Position numbers and translations under genes: made by a program | Source of the DNA: an uncultured archaeon | Lineage (GTDB): Archaea > Altiarchaeota > Altiarchaeia > IMC4 > SCGC-AAA252-I15 | Assembly (NCBI GenBank): GCA_902384455.1 | Contig: CABMCB010000071.1 | Coordinates: 160,001 to 224,000 of the forward strand | DNA: 64,000 bases | Direction of reading: 5' to 3' | Shown: piece after piece, positions 9,997 to 20,600 of the stretch | Layout of the letters: each line of letters starts with the position of its first letter | How positions within the stretch are numbered: the stretch's first letter is position 1 | Notes under the pieces: model-generated | The model's database searches: none | What the model was told of the DNA's origin: nothing | Seen by the model: only the letters and a program-made list of their open reading frames with translations

Positions 9997-11214
9997 TTAG
10001 CGGTACCTCATTGCGTCGACTGGTTGTAGTCTGCTTGCTTGTTTTGCTGGGAGGTATCCTGAGATGCATCCTACGAAGAACCCGAAGAGGAGTGCTCCTA
10101 ATGCTATGTTGATGGTGATCTGTGCTTCTATCAGTCCGTAAGCCATGTTTCTGGCGAGTATTTCCACTGTTTTGGCTATTCCGAATCCGAGCAGGACGCC
10201 GACTAAGCTTCCTACTACTCCCACAAGCCCCGCCTCTATCAGGAACAAAAGCAGTATGTCGCCGTTTTTGGCTCCTATGCTCTTCATTATTCCTATTTGG
10301 CGCGTTCTTTCTATGACGCTCGTGTACATGGTGTTCATTATGCCTATGGCCCCCACGATGAGGCTTACTGCGGCGAGGCCTGTTATTACTGTCTGCACTA
10401 TGTTGAGTATTGTGAGGAAGCTTTCCACCAGTTGCTGTAGGGTGATGACGGTGAAGTCTTCTTCGCCTTCTTTGACGTGGTGTAGGCGTCTGAGCCTGAC
10501 TTCTATGTCTTGGCTTACTTGAGTGATGTTTTCTCCGTCTTTCGTGAGCACCATGATTCCCATGTACGTGTCGGTTGCGTTGAAGAGTTCTTTCGCCGCA
10601 TCCTTGGTGACGTCAATCCTCGTCTGCATTGCGGGGTCGCCCACGTCTTTGTATATGCCGGCGATGCGTTTGGGGGTGCCTTCAATCAGTATGGTGTCGC
10701 CGAGAGTCAGGTTGCGGTCGAAGTTGTCGTAGGCTATTTTGGATCCGACTACTACGCTGTCTTTGTCGCTGTCGGATATGCGCTTTCCTTCTTCAAGGTC
10801 GAATTCTCCGAACACGTCTTGTACCCTATGGCTTTCGGAATCCTGCGGTATGGCAAACACCAGGGCCGAAGTAGTTTTCTTCCTGAATTCTATTAGGGCT
10901 GGCTGTCTGTTTTGTCCCACGGCGTATTCGACGCCTTTCACTTTCATTATTTCGGAGACGTCTTTGTCTCCAAGTGATGCGGCGGCATACCCCGGGGGGC
11001 CGCTTGTTCCTACTCCTCCTCCGGCGAATACTATTACTCTGCGTACTCCTGCTTTGGCGAATTCGTCGCGGATTGCGTTTTCCAGTCCTCCGCCTAAGCT
11101 CAATAGAGTGACTACTGCCATTACGCCTACGAAGACGCCTACTACTGTCAGCCAGCTTCTTAGCTTCCTGTGGAACAGGTTGCCTACTGCGAGCTGGAAG
11201 TACTCTATGAGCAT
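9997..11214 (-). CDS. ABC transporter permease, MacB/FtsX family (paralog)
   Basis: RSWLTVVGVFVG and GIMNTMYTSVIERTRQIGIMKSIGA. Confidence 0.93.
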   Translation of the reverse strand: MLIEYFQLAVGNLFHRKLRSWLTVVGVFVGVMAVVTLLSLGGGLENAIRDEFAKAGVRRVIVFAGGGVGTSGPPGYAAASLGDKDVSEIMKVKGVEYAVGQNRQPALIEFRKKTTSALVFAIPQDSESHRVQDVFGEFDLEEGKRISDSDKDSVVVGSKIAYDNFDRNLTLGDTILIEGTPKRIAGIYKDVGDPAMQTRIDVTKDAAKELFNATDTYMGIMVLTKDGENITQVSQDIEVRLRRLHHVKEGEEDFTVITLQQLVESFLTILNIVQTVITGLAAVSLIVGAIGIMNTMYTSVIERTRQIGIMKSIGAKNGDILLLFLIEAGLVGVVGSLVGVLLGFGIAKTVEILARNMAYGLIEAQITINIALGALLFGFFVGCISGYLPAKQASRLQPVDAMRYR

Positions 11215-11239
11215 GGCGTAAAGTTGCGCTCTGGGGGCC

Positions 11240-12544
11240 TCACATCCTCTTGAATACTTTCTTGTCTATGAATCCTGTTATGGACGACACAATCTTGAGT
11301 ATTAGCCAGAGGACCAGGTAGACGACGATTATTCCGATTAGTGCTGCGGCTATTGTGATTACGGATTGCATTGGGTTGACTGTCGTTCCGTTGAGGTTTT
11401 GGGGGTTGCATACGTTTCCTGCGACTGCGAATTTGTCTTGGTGTACGTCGTTGGTGCTTTCGTCTTTGTATGAGATGGTGCCTTTGAATGTGTAGGGGCT
11501 TCCGTCGGTTTTGTTGGTCAGAAGCGTTATGATGTAGTCTTGGTTTTGGAAGTCGTCGCTGGCTAGGTTTCCTATGTACGCTGAGTTCACGGAGTCAACG
11601 GCGTATTCTGTCGTGTTGTCCAGTGTCATGGAGACGAATTTGGCGTCGATGAATCCGTGGTTTATGACTGACAGGCCTACGGTGCATTTTCCGTCGGTTC
11701 TGGGCATGGTCTTGTCTTCGAGGTTGACTGAGACGTCAGGTTGCCCTGAAATCCATACGCCTATTGCTTGGCCTATGACGTGGGGTGTGCCGGCGTCGTC
11801 AAGGTATGCTATGGCAACTGGAATGGTGTATGCGCCGGGGCTGGCGGTCGCGTCAATTGAAACTTTGAATCTGGCTTCGAATGAGCTTCCTGCGGGTATG
11901 TCTCCTGCGTAGTCTTCTCCGGCTTGCAGTAGTTTTATGGGGGTTGAGGCGTTCATTATGACGCTTGCGTGGCGGGCTGTTGCGCCTCCTTTGTTGGTGA
12001 AAGTGACTTTTACTTCGCTTAGCGTTCCTATGTCAAATGTGTTTTTTGCGTCCACTGCGAATCGGACTATGCCTTTCACGGGGATGGTGACTTTTGTGGT
12101 GCGGGCTAGCTGTCCTTTCATGCTGTCTGGTGCGGTGTAGTATACGCTGAAGTCTAGGTCGTAGTTTGATGCGGGGGCGTCGTCCTTCACTTTGATGTCA
12201 AATGGGGTGGTCCAGCTTTCGCCTATGAACAGGTGGCCGACAGGTTTTGTCGCGTCCTTTATCACTAAGTATTTTTTCGACAGTTCGTCTGAAGGTGAAA
12301 GCACTGCCTCATAGAATATGGACTGGTCGTCGCCCAGCGGCTGTTTCGATCCGTTTACCACCGGAACAACGAATACGTCCCTGTTTGATACTCCCTCGTG
12401 GAACTTTACGTATACCGTTAGGTCGCTGCTCGGTTCTACGAAGCTGGGGTCAATGGAGACCGAATCAAACCGCACTTCGGCGGAAGCTAAAGAAGCCATG
12501 AATATGGCCGCAAGTCCAATCAACAACAGTGTTTTTTGTTTCAT
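11240..12544 (-). CDS. COG1361-like S-layer/Ig-fold membrane-anchored protein
   Basis: Signal peptide, repeated N-x-G...A and YIGNL Ig-like modules, C-terminal TM. Typical partner of archaeal MacB-type ABC operons. Confidence 0.75.
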   Translation of the reverse strand: MKQKTLLLIGLAAIFMASLASAEVRFDSVSIDPSFVEPSSDLTVYVKFHEGVSNRDVFVVPVVNGSKQPLGDDQSIFYEAVLSPSDELSKKYLVIKDATKPVGHLFIGESWTTPFDIKVKDDAPASNYDLDFSVYYTAPDSMKGQLARTTKVTIPVKGIVRFAVDAKNTFDIGTLSEVKVTFTNKGGATARHASVIMNASTPIKLLQAGEDYAGDIPAGSSFEARFKVSIDATASPGAYTIPVAIAYLDDAGTPHVIGQAIGVWISGQPDVSVNLEDKTMPRTDGKCTVGLSVINHGFIDAKFVSMTLDNTTEYAVDSVNSAYIGNLASDDFQNQDYIITLLTNKTDGSPYTFKGTISYKDESTNDVHQDKFAVAGNVCNPQNLNGTTVNPMQSVITIAAALIGIIVVYLVLWLILKIVSSITGFIDKKVFKRM

Positions 12545-13359
12545 TTCTTATTCCCTCTTTTATCTTGTTCTTTTGTTTTAGTGTTTTTAGGTTCTGACTC
12601 ATGCTGAGTCTTCTCCGTTTTATCCTTATGGGGCGCCGCCGCAAAGGCCTCTTTCGCATCCACCACCTGCCCGTCTCGTATGTGGATTGTGCGTTCGGCG
12701 TATTTGGCGATGTCGGGTTCGTGCGTTACTACGATGATTGTTTTGCCGTCCTTGTTCAGGTCCTTGAGCATCCCCATGATTTCATAGCTGCTTTTGGAGT
12801 CCAAGTTCCCGGTCGGCTCGTCGGCAAGCACAACAGGTGGATTGTTGGCTAGCGCCCGCGCTATCGCGACGCGCTGCTGCTCCCCGCCAGAAAGCTCAGT
12901 AGGCCTGTGGTCAAGGCGGTGCCCCAGTCCGACTTCCTTAAGGAGTTCGGCAGCTCGTTTTTCTCTTTCGGTTGTTGGGGCGTCTTGGAATATCATGGGT
13001 AGCATGACGTTTTCTACGGCTGTTAGTTGTGGCATTAGGTTGAATTGTTGGAATACGAATCCTATTTTCCTGCCTCTTATTTGGGCTAGGTCTGATTCGT
13101 GTAGGCTGCTTATGTCGATTCCGTCGAGGTATATTTTTCCTTTTGTGGGTACGTCTAGGCATCCTACCATGTTCATTGTGGTGCTTTTTCCGCTTCCTGA
13201 GGGTCCCATTATGGCGACGAATTCGCGGGGGTATATCTCTAGGCTCATGCCTCTTAGTGCTGCTACTTCTACGTCTCCCATTTTGTATATCTTCCAGACT
13301 TCGTCTAGGTCTATGATGGGGTCTACGTCTTTTCTTACGTGGCGGCTATGGTCGTGCAT
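12541..13359 (-). CDS. ABC transporter ATP-binding protein (LolD/MacB-like)
   Basis: Walker A GPSGSGKS, LSGGEQQRVAIARAL, Walker B ADEPTGNLD. Confidence 0.96.
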   Translation of the reverse strand: MHDHSRHVRKDVDPIIDLDEVWKIYKMGDVEVAALRGMSLEIYPREFVAIMGPSGSGKSTTMNMVGCLDVPTKGKIYLDGIDISSLHESDLAQIRGRKIGFVFQQFNLMPQLTAVENVMLPMIFQDAPTTEREKRAAELLKEVGLGHRLDHRPTELSGGEQQRVAIARALANNPPVVLADEPTGNLDSKSSYEIMGMLKDLNKDGKTIIVVTHEPDIAKYAERTIHIRDGQVVDAKEAFAAAPHKDKTEKTQHESEPKNTKTKEQDKRGNKK

Positions 13360-13810
13360 TGTGTTTTTTGAATGCTTTTCGGAAGCATTCGTAATCGTTT
13401 TTCAGTTTTTTTATGTGCCGCAGTGTTGATTGTGCGGCGGGGTCTTTTCCGTCGAGTTGTTTTTCTGCTTTTTCTATGGATGCGAGCATGTTTTCGAGGG
13501 TTCTGTCCAGTTCCCTCATCCTTTTTTCCATTGTTTCCTGGGCGTTGTGGATGCAGGTGAAGAATATTTTTTTGCTGCCTGCCTTTTTGAATCGCCTTAC
13601 GTCGTATAGTCTTTCCACGACGTCCATGTGGGTGCTGATTAGGCTCATGCTGTATCCGGTCTTTTCGGATATCTCCTTCAGTCCAATTGGTTCGTCGGCG
13701 AAGAATATCGCCATGTATATCCGTGCGGGAGTTTCGTCTTGTCCGAAGTAGTGCCATAGTCGGACGGCTTCTTCGGTGATTTCCTCCTGTACTTCTTCTA
13801 CTGTTTCCAC
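13346..13810 (-). CDS. GbsR/MarR-like winged-HTH transcriptional regulator
   Basis: ARIYMAIFFADEPIGLKEISEKTGYSMSLIS pattern. First gene of the ABC operon (GTG start). Confidence 0.75.
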   Translation of the reverse strand: METVEEVQEEITEEAVRLWHYFGQDETPARIYMAIFFADEPIGLKEISEKTGYSMSLISTHMDVVERLYDVRRFKKAGSKKIFFTCIHNAQETMEKRMRELDRTLENMLASIEKAEKQLDGKDPAAQSTLRHIKKLKNDYECFRKAFKKHNARP

Positions 13811-13919
13811 GGGTGAGTAACTGATGTTGTGTTTGTTATTAAAATGCTTAATTTATTATATATTCAGTATATCTTAAAAATAGCAGATAAATACACATCG
13901 CCCTGAAGAATTAAGCGAC

Positions 13920-14234
13920 ATGTTCAAGGGCGCATGCGTTATCCTCGGCTTAGCCGTCGTAATGGCGGCGTCAGGGTGCACTTCCACATGCAAGCCTAAC
14001 GTAAACTTCACATTATGCTACCAGGTCCAAAGCGAACTCGGCGTTAACCGCTGCATTGAAACAGGGCTTAAAGACGTAGACTGCACAGTAAGCTGCCCCG
14101 ACATAAAAAAGGAAAACTACCGCGACATATGCTACTCAAACGTGGCAAAGAAAAGCTCAGACGTAGAAACATGCGGCAAAATCGCCAACAAAACAATCAT
14201 CCAAGACTGCGTGGACGCGATATTACCAAAATAA
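13920..14234 (+). CDS. Small Cys-rich lipoprotein-like protein
   Basis: Signal ending ASGC, paired-Cys repeats (CPDI...DIC, CGKI...DC). Confidence 0.7.
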   Translation: MFKGACVILGLAVVMAASGCTSTCKPNVNFTLCYQVQSELGVNRCIETGLKDVDCTVSCPDIKKENYRDICYSNVAKKSSDVETCGKIANKTIIQDCVDAILPK

Positions 14235-14235
14235 G

Positions 14236-14964
14236 ATGGAAAAACACCCCTCAATAGAACACCTGCAGCAACACCTGGATGAAATAGGCAAGCAAAACAC
14301 CCGCGGCGACAGAATAAGGCAGATAATACTCGGAGGCCAAGACGGCCTAGTTAACGTCATGGGTATCGTCTTGGGCGTTGCCACCGCCACAGCGGATAAT
14401 CACCTGGTAATTCTCGCCGGTCTTTCGGCGACTTTTGCAGAAAGCATATCCATGGCCGCCGTCGCCTTCACGAGCAGCCGGGCGGCTAAGGCTCATTACT
14501 TAAGTGAGTTTGAGCGTGAGAGGCAGGAAATTAGGGGTAACCCTGAGGTTGAGCGTAAGGAGGTGGAGTTGGTTTACGCTAAGAAGGGGTTTTCAGGGGA
14601 GACTCTTGAGCGTATTGTCGCTCAAATTACGTCTGACGAGGAGAAGTGGCTTAATTTCATGATGACTGAGGAGCTGCAACTTCAGGAGTCAAGCAACCTG
14701 AATCCGACGGGCGAGGCGATTGTGGTGGGGATTTCAGCGTTTATCGGCAGCTTGATTAGTCTGTGGCCGTTTTTCCTCGGTCTTCCCGCGTCAACTGCGA
14801 TTTTATGGAGTCTTGTGTGCGCGTTGGCTGTTCTTTTTGCGGCAGGCGCTTTGACTGCGAAATTGACGATTGGCGGTTGGGTGAATAAGGGGGTTGAGAT
14901 GGCCGCTATCGGCGGGTTGGCTGCGGGTGCTGGTTATGCAGTGGGGCGTTTGATTGGCGCTTAG
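14236..14964 (+). CDS. VIT1/CCC1 family Fe/Mn transporter
   Basis: IILGGQDGLV, AESISMAA, ERERQEI...PEVE motifs. Confidence 0.92.
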   Translation: MEKHPSIEHLQQHLDEIGKQNTRGDRIRQIILGGQDGLVNVMGIVLGVATATADNHLVILAGLSATFAESISMAAVAFTSSRAAKAHYLSEFERERQEIRGNPEVERKEVELVYAKKGFSGETLERIVAQITSDEEKWLNFMMTEELQLQESSNLNPTGEAIVVGISAFIGSLISLWPFFLGLPASTAILWSLVCALAVLFAAGALTAKLTIGGWVNKGVEMAAIGGLAAGAGYAVGRLIGA

Positions 14965-14965
14965 T

Positions 14966-15085
14966 TTGGGTGTTGGTTATATTGTGGTTGCTTTTTTTGT
15001 GTTGGTGCCAGAGTGCATGTCTTCTTGCAAGCCTAACGTAAACGTCGCCCTCTGTTATCCGATTCAAAATGGTTGGTGTACTTAA
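14966..15085 (+). pseudogene. Degenerate partial duplicate of the 13920-14234 lipoprotein gene
   Basis: Identical 18-mer TGCAAGCCTAACGTAAAC at 13989-14006 and 15026-15043. Translation ECMSSCKPNVNVALCYPIQ versus GCTSTCKPNVNFTLCYQVQ, with early stop. Confidence 0.7.
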
Positions 15086-15107
15086 GCACTATCATAAAAT
15101 AGGTATT

Positions 15108-16937
15108 ATGCCTCTGGAGAATTCTTACTTAAACCATGTTTGGGTCCTGTTTTTGCTCCTTGTCGGATCGGCCTTTCTGGTGACCTCTTCTTTCGGCAAC
15201 CCTGCCGGTCAGTTTGCCGAACTTAAAATGATGATGCCGGTTCCAATTATGAATCCGGGCTACTGCGGAAATGGGGTGTGCGATGCTGGCGAAAATGGGG
15301 TAGCATGTCCGGCTGACTGCGGTGGTTTTATACATCCAATCGGACGTGGTTCCTACTGCGGAAATGGCATAAAAGAAACCGGGGAAGTGTGTGATGGTAA
15401 TGACGGCTGCAAGCCTATGGAAATGTGCGCATCAAATTGCTCTAAATGCATTAAGATGCCTTACTGCGGCGATGGTATATGCGAGACTTGGGAAAACGAG
15501 TTGGACTGGAATACCGCCCAAATGCTCTGCGGCATCAAGGGACCTATTACATTGAAGAAAGGCGATAAAGAGGTCGAGACCTGTCAGGTTCCGCGAAACA
15601 AGGTCTGCAGTCCTGACTGTGGTTGCCCTGACTATCTCACAGGATGGGTATGGGGCAAGTCCGTCTGGGGGAACACAGAGTGTACGTGGCTTCCAAATGA
15701 TGGTGTGTGCCAATTAGGTGAAACAGATTGCAGGGATTGCCCTTGCGGCGACGGTTGGGCATGCAAGGAGGAAAAAACAAACTTCATGGGCAAAGAAACG
15801 ACCACGTATGTCTGTAAAGCATCCGGGTCATGCGGTGACGGCATATGCGCGAAACGTCCGAACGGCAATTGCCTTTCGTATGGTCCTGATGAGAGCATAG
15901 CAAATTGTTGTAGGGACTGTGCCTGCCCCGATGGTTATCGTTGTAAAACAGAAGACCGCAAGGTACAGGACACTACGACGAATCCTCCCTCCGAAAAAAC
16001 AATCAAGGTTGATGTCGGTTGCAAACCTATTTGTGGAGACGGCAAATGCGTATATGCTGACGCAAAGGCAATGCTCGAGTCTCTTGCCGGAAAAGGCGCA
16101 ATAGTAACGGGAAGCGAAAGTTGCGCAGAAAAAATTCTCTACCAGCAATACGGCATAGAAAAAGAATCTTATGCAACGTGTTGTCAAGATGGCGATGGGA
16201 AAAACGACTGTTCATGTCCTTGCTCGCAGCAGGGATGCGAAAAAATACGGGATGGAACTGATCCTGGCAATCCAGAGGCAAATACGCACGTTTGCATGAA
16301 CTGTAAGGAACTGATGATAATATCCGAAGCTGATTTCAACTATTACACTCATACGATACAAAATTGGAGCAAGTACACCGATATCAAATGCCTCGACAAG
16401 TGCCAAAGCATACCTGACAATAGGGCTATGGCCAACACGCCTGACGATGTATTGGCGATATTAGAAGGCTTTTGCTCTAAGTGCAAGAACACAGGGACTA
16501 AACTTGAAAATTTCGTGATAATGGGTCATGGAGAAAGCTTTAATTCTCCTCTCAAACCAGACGGGACCTGCGATAAACCTACCGGGCGAATATTCTTCCC
16601 TCAAACAGTATTAGACGATAATTGGATTACTGCCCACAGAGACCGGCTTGAGGCTCTAAGGGGTTGCTTTGCGCCGGGCGCGCACATGAACTTTATTTCT
16701 TGTTTCATGGGTGACACTCAGATTCCGTTGCTGTTCAGCGAAATATGGCCAGACGTCACGATTACCGCAGGAAGCGGTCCAGTGAGTTGTGATGAGAAGA
16801 CTAAGGTCTGCGTGCCCCAAAATTACGTCTGCATCTACCAGGCTGGTGTACGAATACAGCCCCCGCTTGACGAAGTATGTAGTCCCGTGATTATGCCGGG
16901 CGGAGGAATGGGCTCATGTCAGGCTCCGCTGCCTTAA
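15108..16937 (+). CDS. Secreted Cys-rich repeat protein with C-terminal caspase-like (C80/DUF4347-like) domain
   Basis: Signal peptide, many CG[ND]GxC repeats, C-terminal FVIMGHG and NFISCFMG. Start could also be 15069. Confidence 0.65.
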   Translation: MPLENSYLNHVWVLFLLLVGSAFLVTSSFGNPAGQFAELKMMMPVPIMNPGYCGNGVCDAGENGVACPADCGGFIHPIGRGSYCGNGIKETGEVCDGNDGCKPMEMCASNCSKCIKMPYCGDGICETWENELDWNTAQMLCGIKGPITLKKGDKEVETCQVPRNKVCSPDCGCPDYLTGWVWGKSVWGNTECTWLPNDGVCQLGETDCRDCPCGDGWACKEEKTNFMGKETTTYVCKASGSCGDGICAKRPNGNCLSYGPDESIANCCRDCACPDGYRCKTEDRKVQDTTTNPPSEKTIKVDVGCKPICGDGKCVYADAKAMLESLAGKGAIVTGSESCAEKILYQQYGIEKESYATCCQDGDGKNDCSCPCSQQGCEKIRDGTDPGNPEANTHVCMNCKELMIISEADFNYYTHTIQNWSKYTDIKCLDKCQSIPDNRAMANTPDDVLAILEGFCSKCKNTGTKLENFVIMGHGESFNSPLKPDGTCDKPTGRIFFPQTVLDDNWITAHRDRLEALRGCFAPGAHMNFISCFMGDTQIPLLFSEIWPDVTITAGSGPVSCDEKTKVCVPQNYVCIYQAGVRIQPPLDEVCSPVIMPGGGMGSCQAPLP

Positions 16938-16962
16938 CTGATAACTCTTCCTGAGGGGCCAG

Positions 16963-17574
16963 TCACTTGGTCGTCATCATAAAAAGCTTGGTCACAGCGT
17001 CCCAGTCAATCAAATTCCACCAGTTTGTTACGTAGTCTGCGCGTTTGTTTTGGTATTTGAGGTAGTATGCGTGTTCCCAGACGTCTACGATTAGGATTGG
17101 TTTTTTTCCTTGGGATAGTGGTGTGTCGTGGTTTAGGGTGGAGGATATGGTCAGTTTGTTGCCGTCGACGGTGAGCCATCCCCATCCTGATCCGAATTGT
17201 TTTACTGCTGCGTCGGTGAGTTTCTGCTTGAAGTCCTGGAAGCTTCCGAACGATTCTTTTATTGCGTCCGCAAGGTCTCCTGTCGGTTCGCCTCCTGCGT
17301 TTGGGCTCATAGTGCTCCAGTACAGGTTATGGTTTGCGATTCCTCCTGCGTTGAATGTTACTCCCGCCCTTATCTCTTGGGGTATTGCTAGAAGCGAAGT
17401 GAGTATTTGGTCCAGCGTTTTCGCCTGAAGTTCGGGGCGTCCTTCCAGCAGTTTGTTCAGGTTGTTTACGTATGCTGCGTGGTGTTTGTCGTGGTGTATT
17501 TCCACTGTTTTGGCGTCTATGTATGGCTCAAGCGCGTCGTATGCGTAAGGCAGTTTAGGTAGTTCATGCGGCAT
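16963..17574 (-). CDS. sod: Superoxide dismutase, Fe/Mn family
   Basis: LPYAYDALEPYI, HHDKHH, FGSGWGW, DVWEHAYY. Confidence 0.97.
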   Translation of the reverse strand: MPHELPKLPYAYDALEPYIDAKTVEIHHDKHHAAYVNNLNKLLEGRPELQAKTLDQILTSLLAIPQEIRAGVTFNAGGIANHNLYWSTMSPNAGGEPTGDLADAIKESFGSFQDFKQKLTDAAVKQFGSGWGWLTVDGNKLTISSTLNHDTPLSQGKKPILIVDVWEHAYYLKYQNKRADYVTNWWNLIDWDAVTKLFMMTTK

Positions 17575-17693
17575 TTTAGTTCACCTTTTTTTGTTTTGAT
17601 ATTTGTTTTTGGCTTTAAAAGCATTAACTATCGTTAAGTGCGCTTGATGTTAACCGGTTAGCGGATAATAACTTTGCCTTCGTGGTTATACTC

Positions 17694-20600
17694 ATGAAGG
17701 TAGTTGCTTCTCCTGCGTCTTCGGGCGAGGATTTGGACGTGCCTTCAACGTTGCCCGCCCTCGATGAACGCGCCGCCGCCATAGCTCAAAATCTGGCATT
17801 GAAATCCGGCAGCCAGAGGGCGCAGGCTTACCTTCGTAGTTCTGAGGGTCAGCGTGGTCAGGATGGGTCTGGCGTGGGTGACGGATCGGATGATTCTTTT
17901 TCTCGCAGGCGCAAAAGGAGGAAGCAGCCTTTTGAGGGGGTGCCTGAGGAGTTTGCTAGGCGGGCGGCGAAGGATTCTTTCCGAGAGGAAATCTCTTCCT
18001 TATCTCAGGCTGAGTTGGGGCGTCTTGCAGTAACGCTTTCTAAGTACGCTGAAACAGGCATGCCTATCGAGCAGGAACGCGTTGTGGCGGCCTCTGTGGT
18101 TGAGCAGTGTCTTTCACCCGAGGTTTTGGGTCGTTTTGACCGTGAGGCTCTTGTTTCAGAGTGTGTTTCTTTCGGAGGCGTTAGAGGGCATGTTGATGGG
18201 GAGGTTGCTGCGCGTTTAGGTTTGGCTTCTGACGGGAGTGAGGGGGCGTTGGTTAGGGAGGTTGAGGCGGGACTTAGGCGTGCGTCCGAGGTTGTTGGCA
18301 TTAGGTCTGATTCTGTGGTTTTTGATGCGGCTAGGGCTTTTGAGTTGGTTGTTCCTTTGATTGGTGATTCTAATGTTTTGCGGGGTGTTTATTCGGAGAT
18401 TGTCGGTTGGGGCGTTGGGGGGCGTAGGTTGGAGGGGATTTCGGATGAGAGGGCTCATTTGGCGGGTTTGGTTGTGCGGCGGTTGGATGATTGGGTTAAG
18501 CGGGAGTTTGCTTGCGGGCTTGTAGCTGAAGGGTTTAATCCTCGCTATTCTTCGCGGCGTAGTCTTATTCGGGAGGCGGTGTCTGTCGCTGATTCTTGTA
18601 GTGACGGCTCTAGGATAGCTGTTGCGGAGGTGCTTTTTGACAGGTTGGGTTCTTTGGAGTCTGATGATTCGTCTTTGAATGCTGCGACAGAGGCGATTGG
18701 AGGTGTTCTTTCTGGCGTAAGGCACGGGAGGGCTGTTGAGGATTTTCTTTCGACTCATGACTTGAGGCTTCATCCTTCGGGTAGGGTCAGGAATGCGTAT
18801 GCGGTGATGTTGGGCAACTTAGGTGCGGCTTCGCAAGAGTCGGGAGTTAAGGTTTTGTGCGCAAGCAAGCTTTCGGATCTCTTCGATTTCCCGCCGCATG
18901 AAAGAAGGAATACCGAGCATCATCTTGACGTCTCGGAAGTTCCTTTCACCGCAGGAACCCAGCTTCTGAAGGTAGCCCGTTCCATGGACGACCCGGCAGA
19001 CTTGATGCCGGTGGTTGACGGCGTCAGCCGGCACGTAGACCACCCCATAGAATTTGTCAGGGAAAACGCTGCTGCAGTACTTATGGGAATAAGAAGTCAC
19101 GTCGGAGGACTGGATGCTTCGCGGGTTGTGCTATCGGAAGTGGAAGAATCAATGTCTGCCACAATAGGAAGCCACAGAAACGCGTTTCCCGGAAGCGAGC
19201 CGCAAGTGGACGCAATAAAGAAAGGAGTAGCTCGGGTCATAAGAAAGCACGGGGCCGCAGCGGCAAAATCAGACGACCCGGCCGAAACTCTCGGAAGATT
19301 GTCTGAAAGAGTCTTTGACGGCGTGGAATTCCCAGACACCTATTCGGAAGGATTAACCCGGCTTAAGGCCGCAATCGCGGGAGAACTTGCCGACCAAACG
19401 CCTGTATTAAATAATCTCGGTTCTACGGCAGACGATTTGAAGGCTCCTGTTCTTGCGCGCATAGACGATGCGTTAGCTCACTATCCTTACCATTTGGCCG
19501 GGGATTTGGTGCGGGAGGATTTAGTCGGCCGTCTTATTGGGCGGGTGAATGCGTCAAAGGGTATGCAGCATTCTGAGTTTGATGGTTCTTTGGTTTATCA
19601 TAGGCAGTTGGCTGGTTCTATGGTTTTGGGTATTGCTGATGGGGTTGTGGAGGAGGCGTCTGCGCTTAGGGTTTTGTCGACTTTGCTTTCGAATGTTGCA
19701 GGCTATCATGAGTATGGGTTGCCTGTGAACGCAAATGAGTTTTCTGAGACTCTGTCGCGGCTTTGTTCGCGCATAAGTTCCTCTGAGGGTGCTGAGGCAG
19801 CGGCTGTAATGTTGTTGGACAGGTGTGACCGCCAGAATTATTACTGGCGTGATGTGCCTTTTGTGGGGCTTGCTTGCGGGATGGCGGGTAAGATTTCGGA
19901 TTCTGAATCTGCGGGTAGGGTTCTTCCTGCGTTTGAGCGGGCGGCGAAGGCGTGGCAGCCAAATAATGTCGGAGAGGGGAATTCTGCTTTGGATGAGGTC
20001 GTAAGGTTGTGTGCTTTGTGTCCGCCTCAGAGGCGGGCTCAGGTAATATCCGGCTTAGTCGGTGACGTTCTGGGGAAAAGCGACGAAGACAGATTCCTCG
20101 GATTAATATACAATGCCCCGTTGACTGCCAGAGCTATCGTGAAAATAGCTTCATTAGGGTCGGCCGAGGAGAGGGTTGAAACTGTGAGGGCTGCTGTGGT
20201 GGATGTGGGTAAGGTTCCTCGCGATGAAAGGGAGTTGTTGATGTACGGTGCGGTGAGGGCGTGTGTTTCAGACGACGAGGTTAAGCAGGTGGCTGCCGCC
20301 GCGTCGGAAATACTTTTTCCAGGCGATAAGAGTAGTCCCATGTACTGTGCAACAACAAGCGCCCGCTCTCTTATGGCCGACAGGAGCGGTTTAAGCAGCA
20401 GGGAACCTCCTGTTGTCGTCGAGTTCGATGAGGCTACGGAGACGGCGAAAAGGTGTGCGTTGCTTATTGAGGATCCTACGGAAAGGTTTACCGCGGCAAA
20501 AAACTTTGTTCCATCGTACTCCTTCCATGAGGACAGGTATAATGTAGCCGCATTGTCTGCCGCCAACTCTGTGGTGGCGACATTAAATGGGCATGGAGTG

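Noticed and set aside
13863-13877. TTCAG-N5-CTTAA imperfect palindrome upstream of the GbsR-like regulator
   Set aside because: Short, mismatched and in AT-rich DNA, so it could arise by chance.
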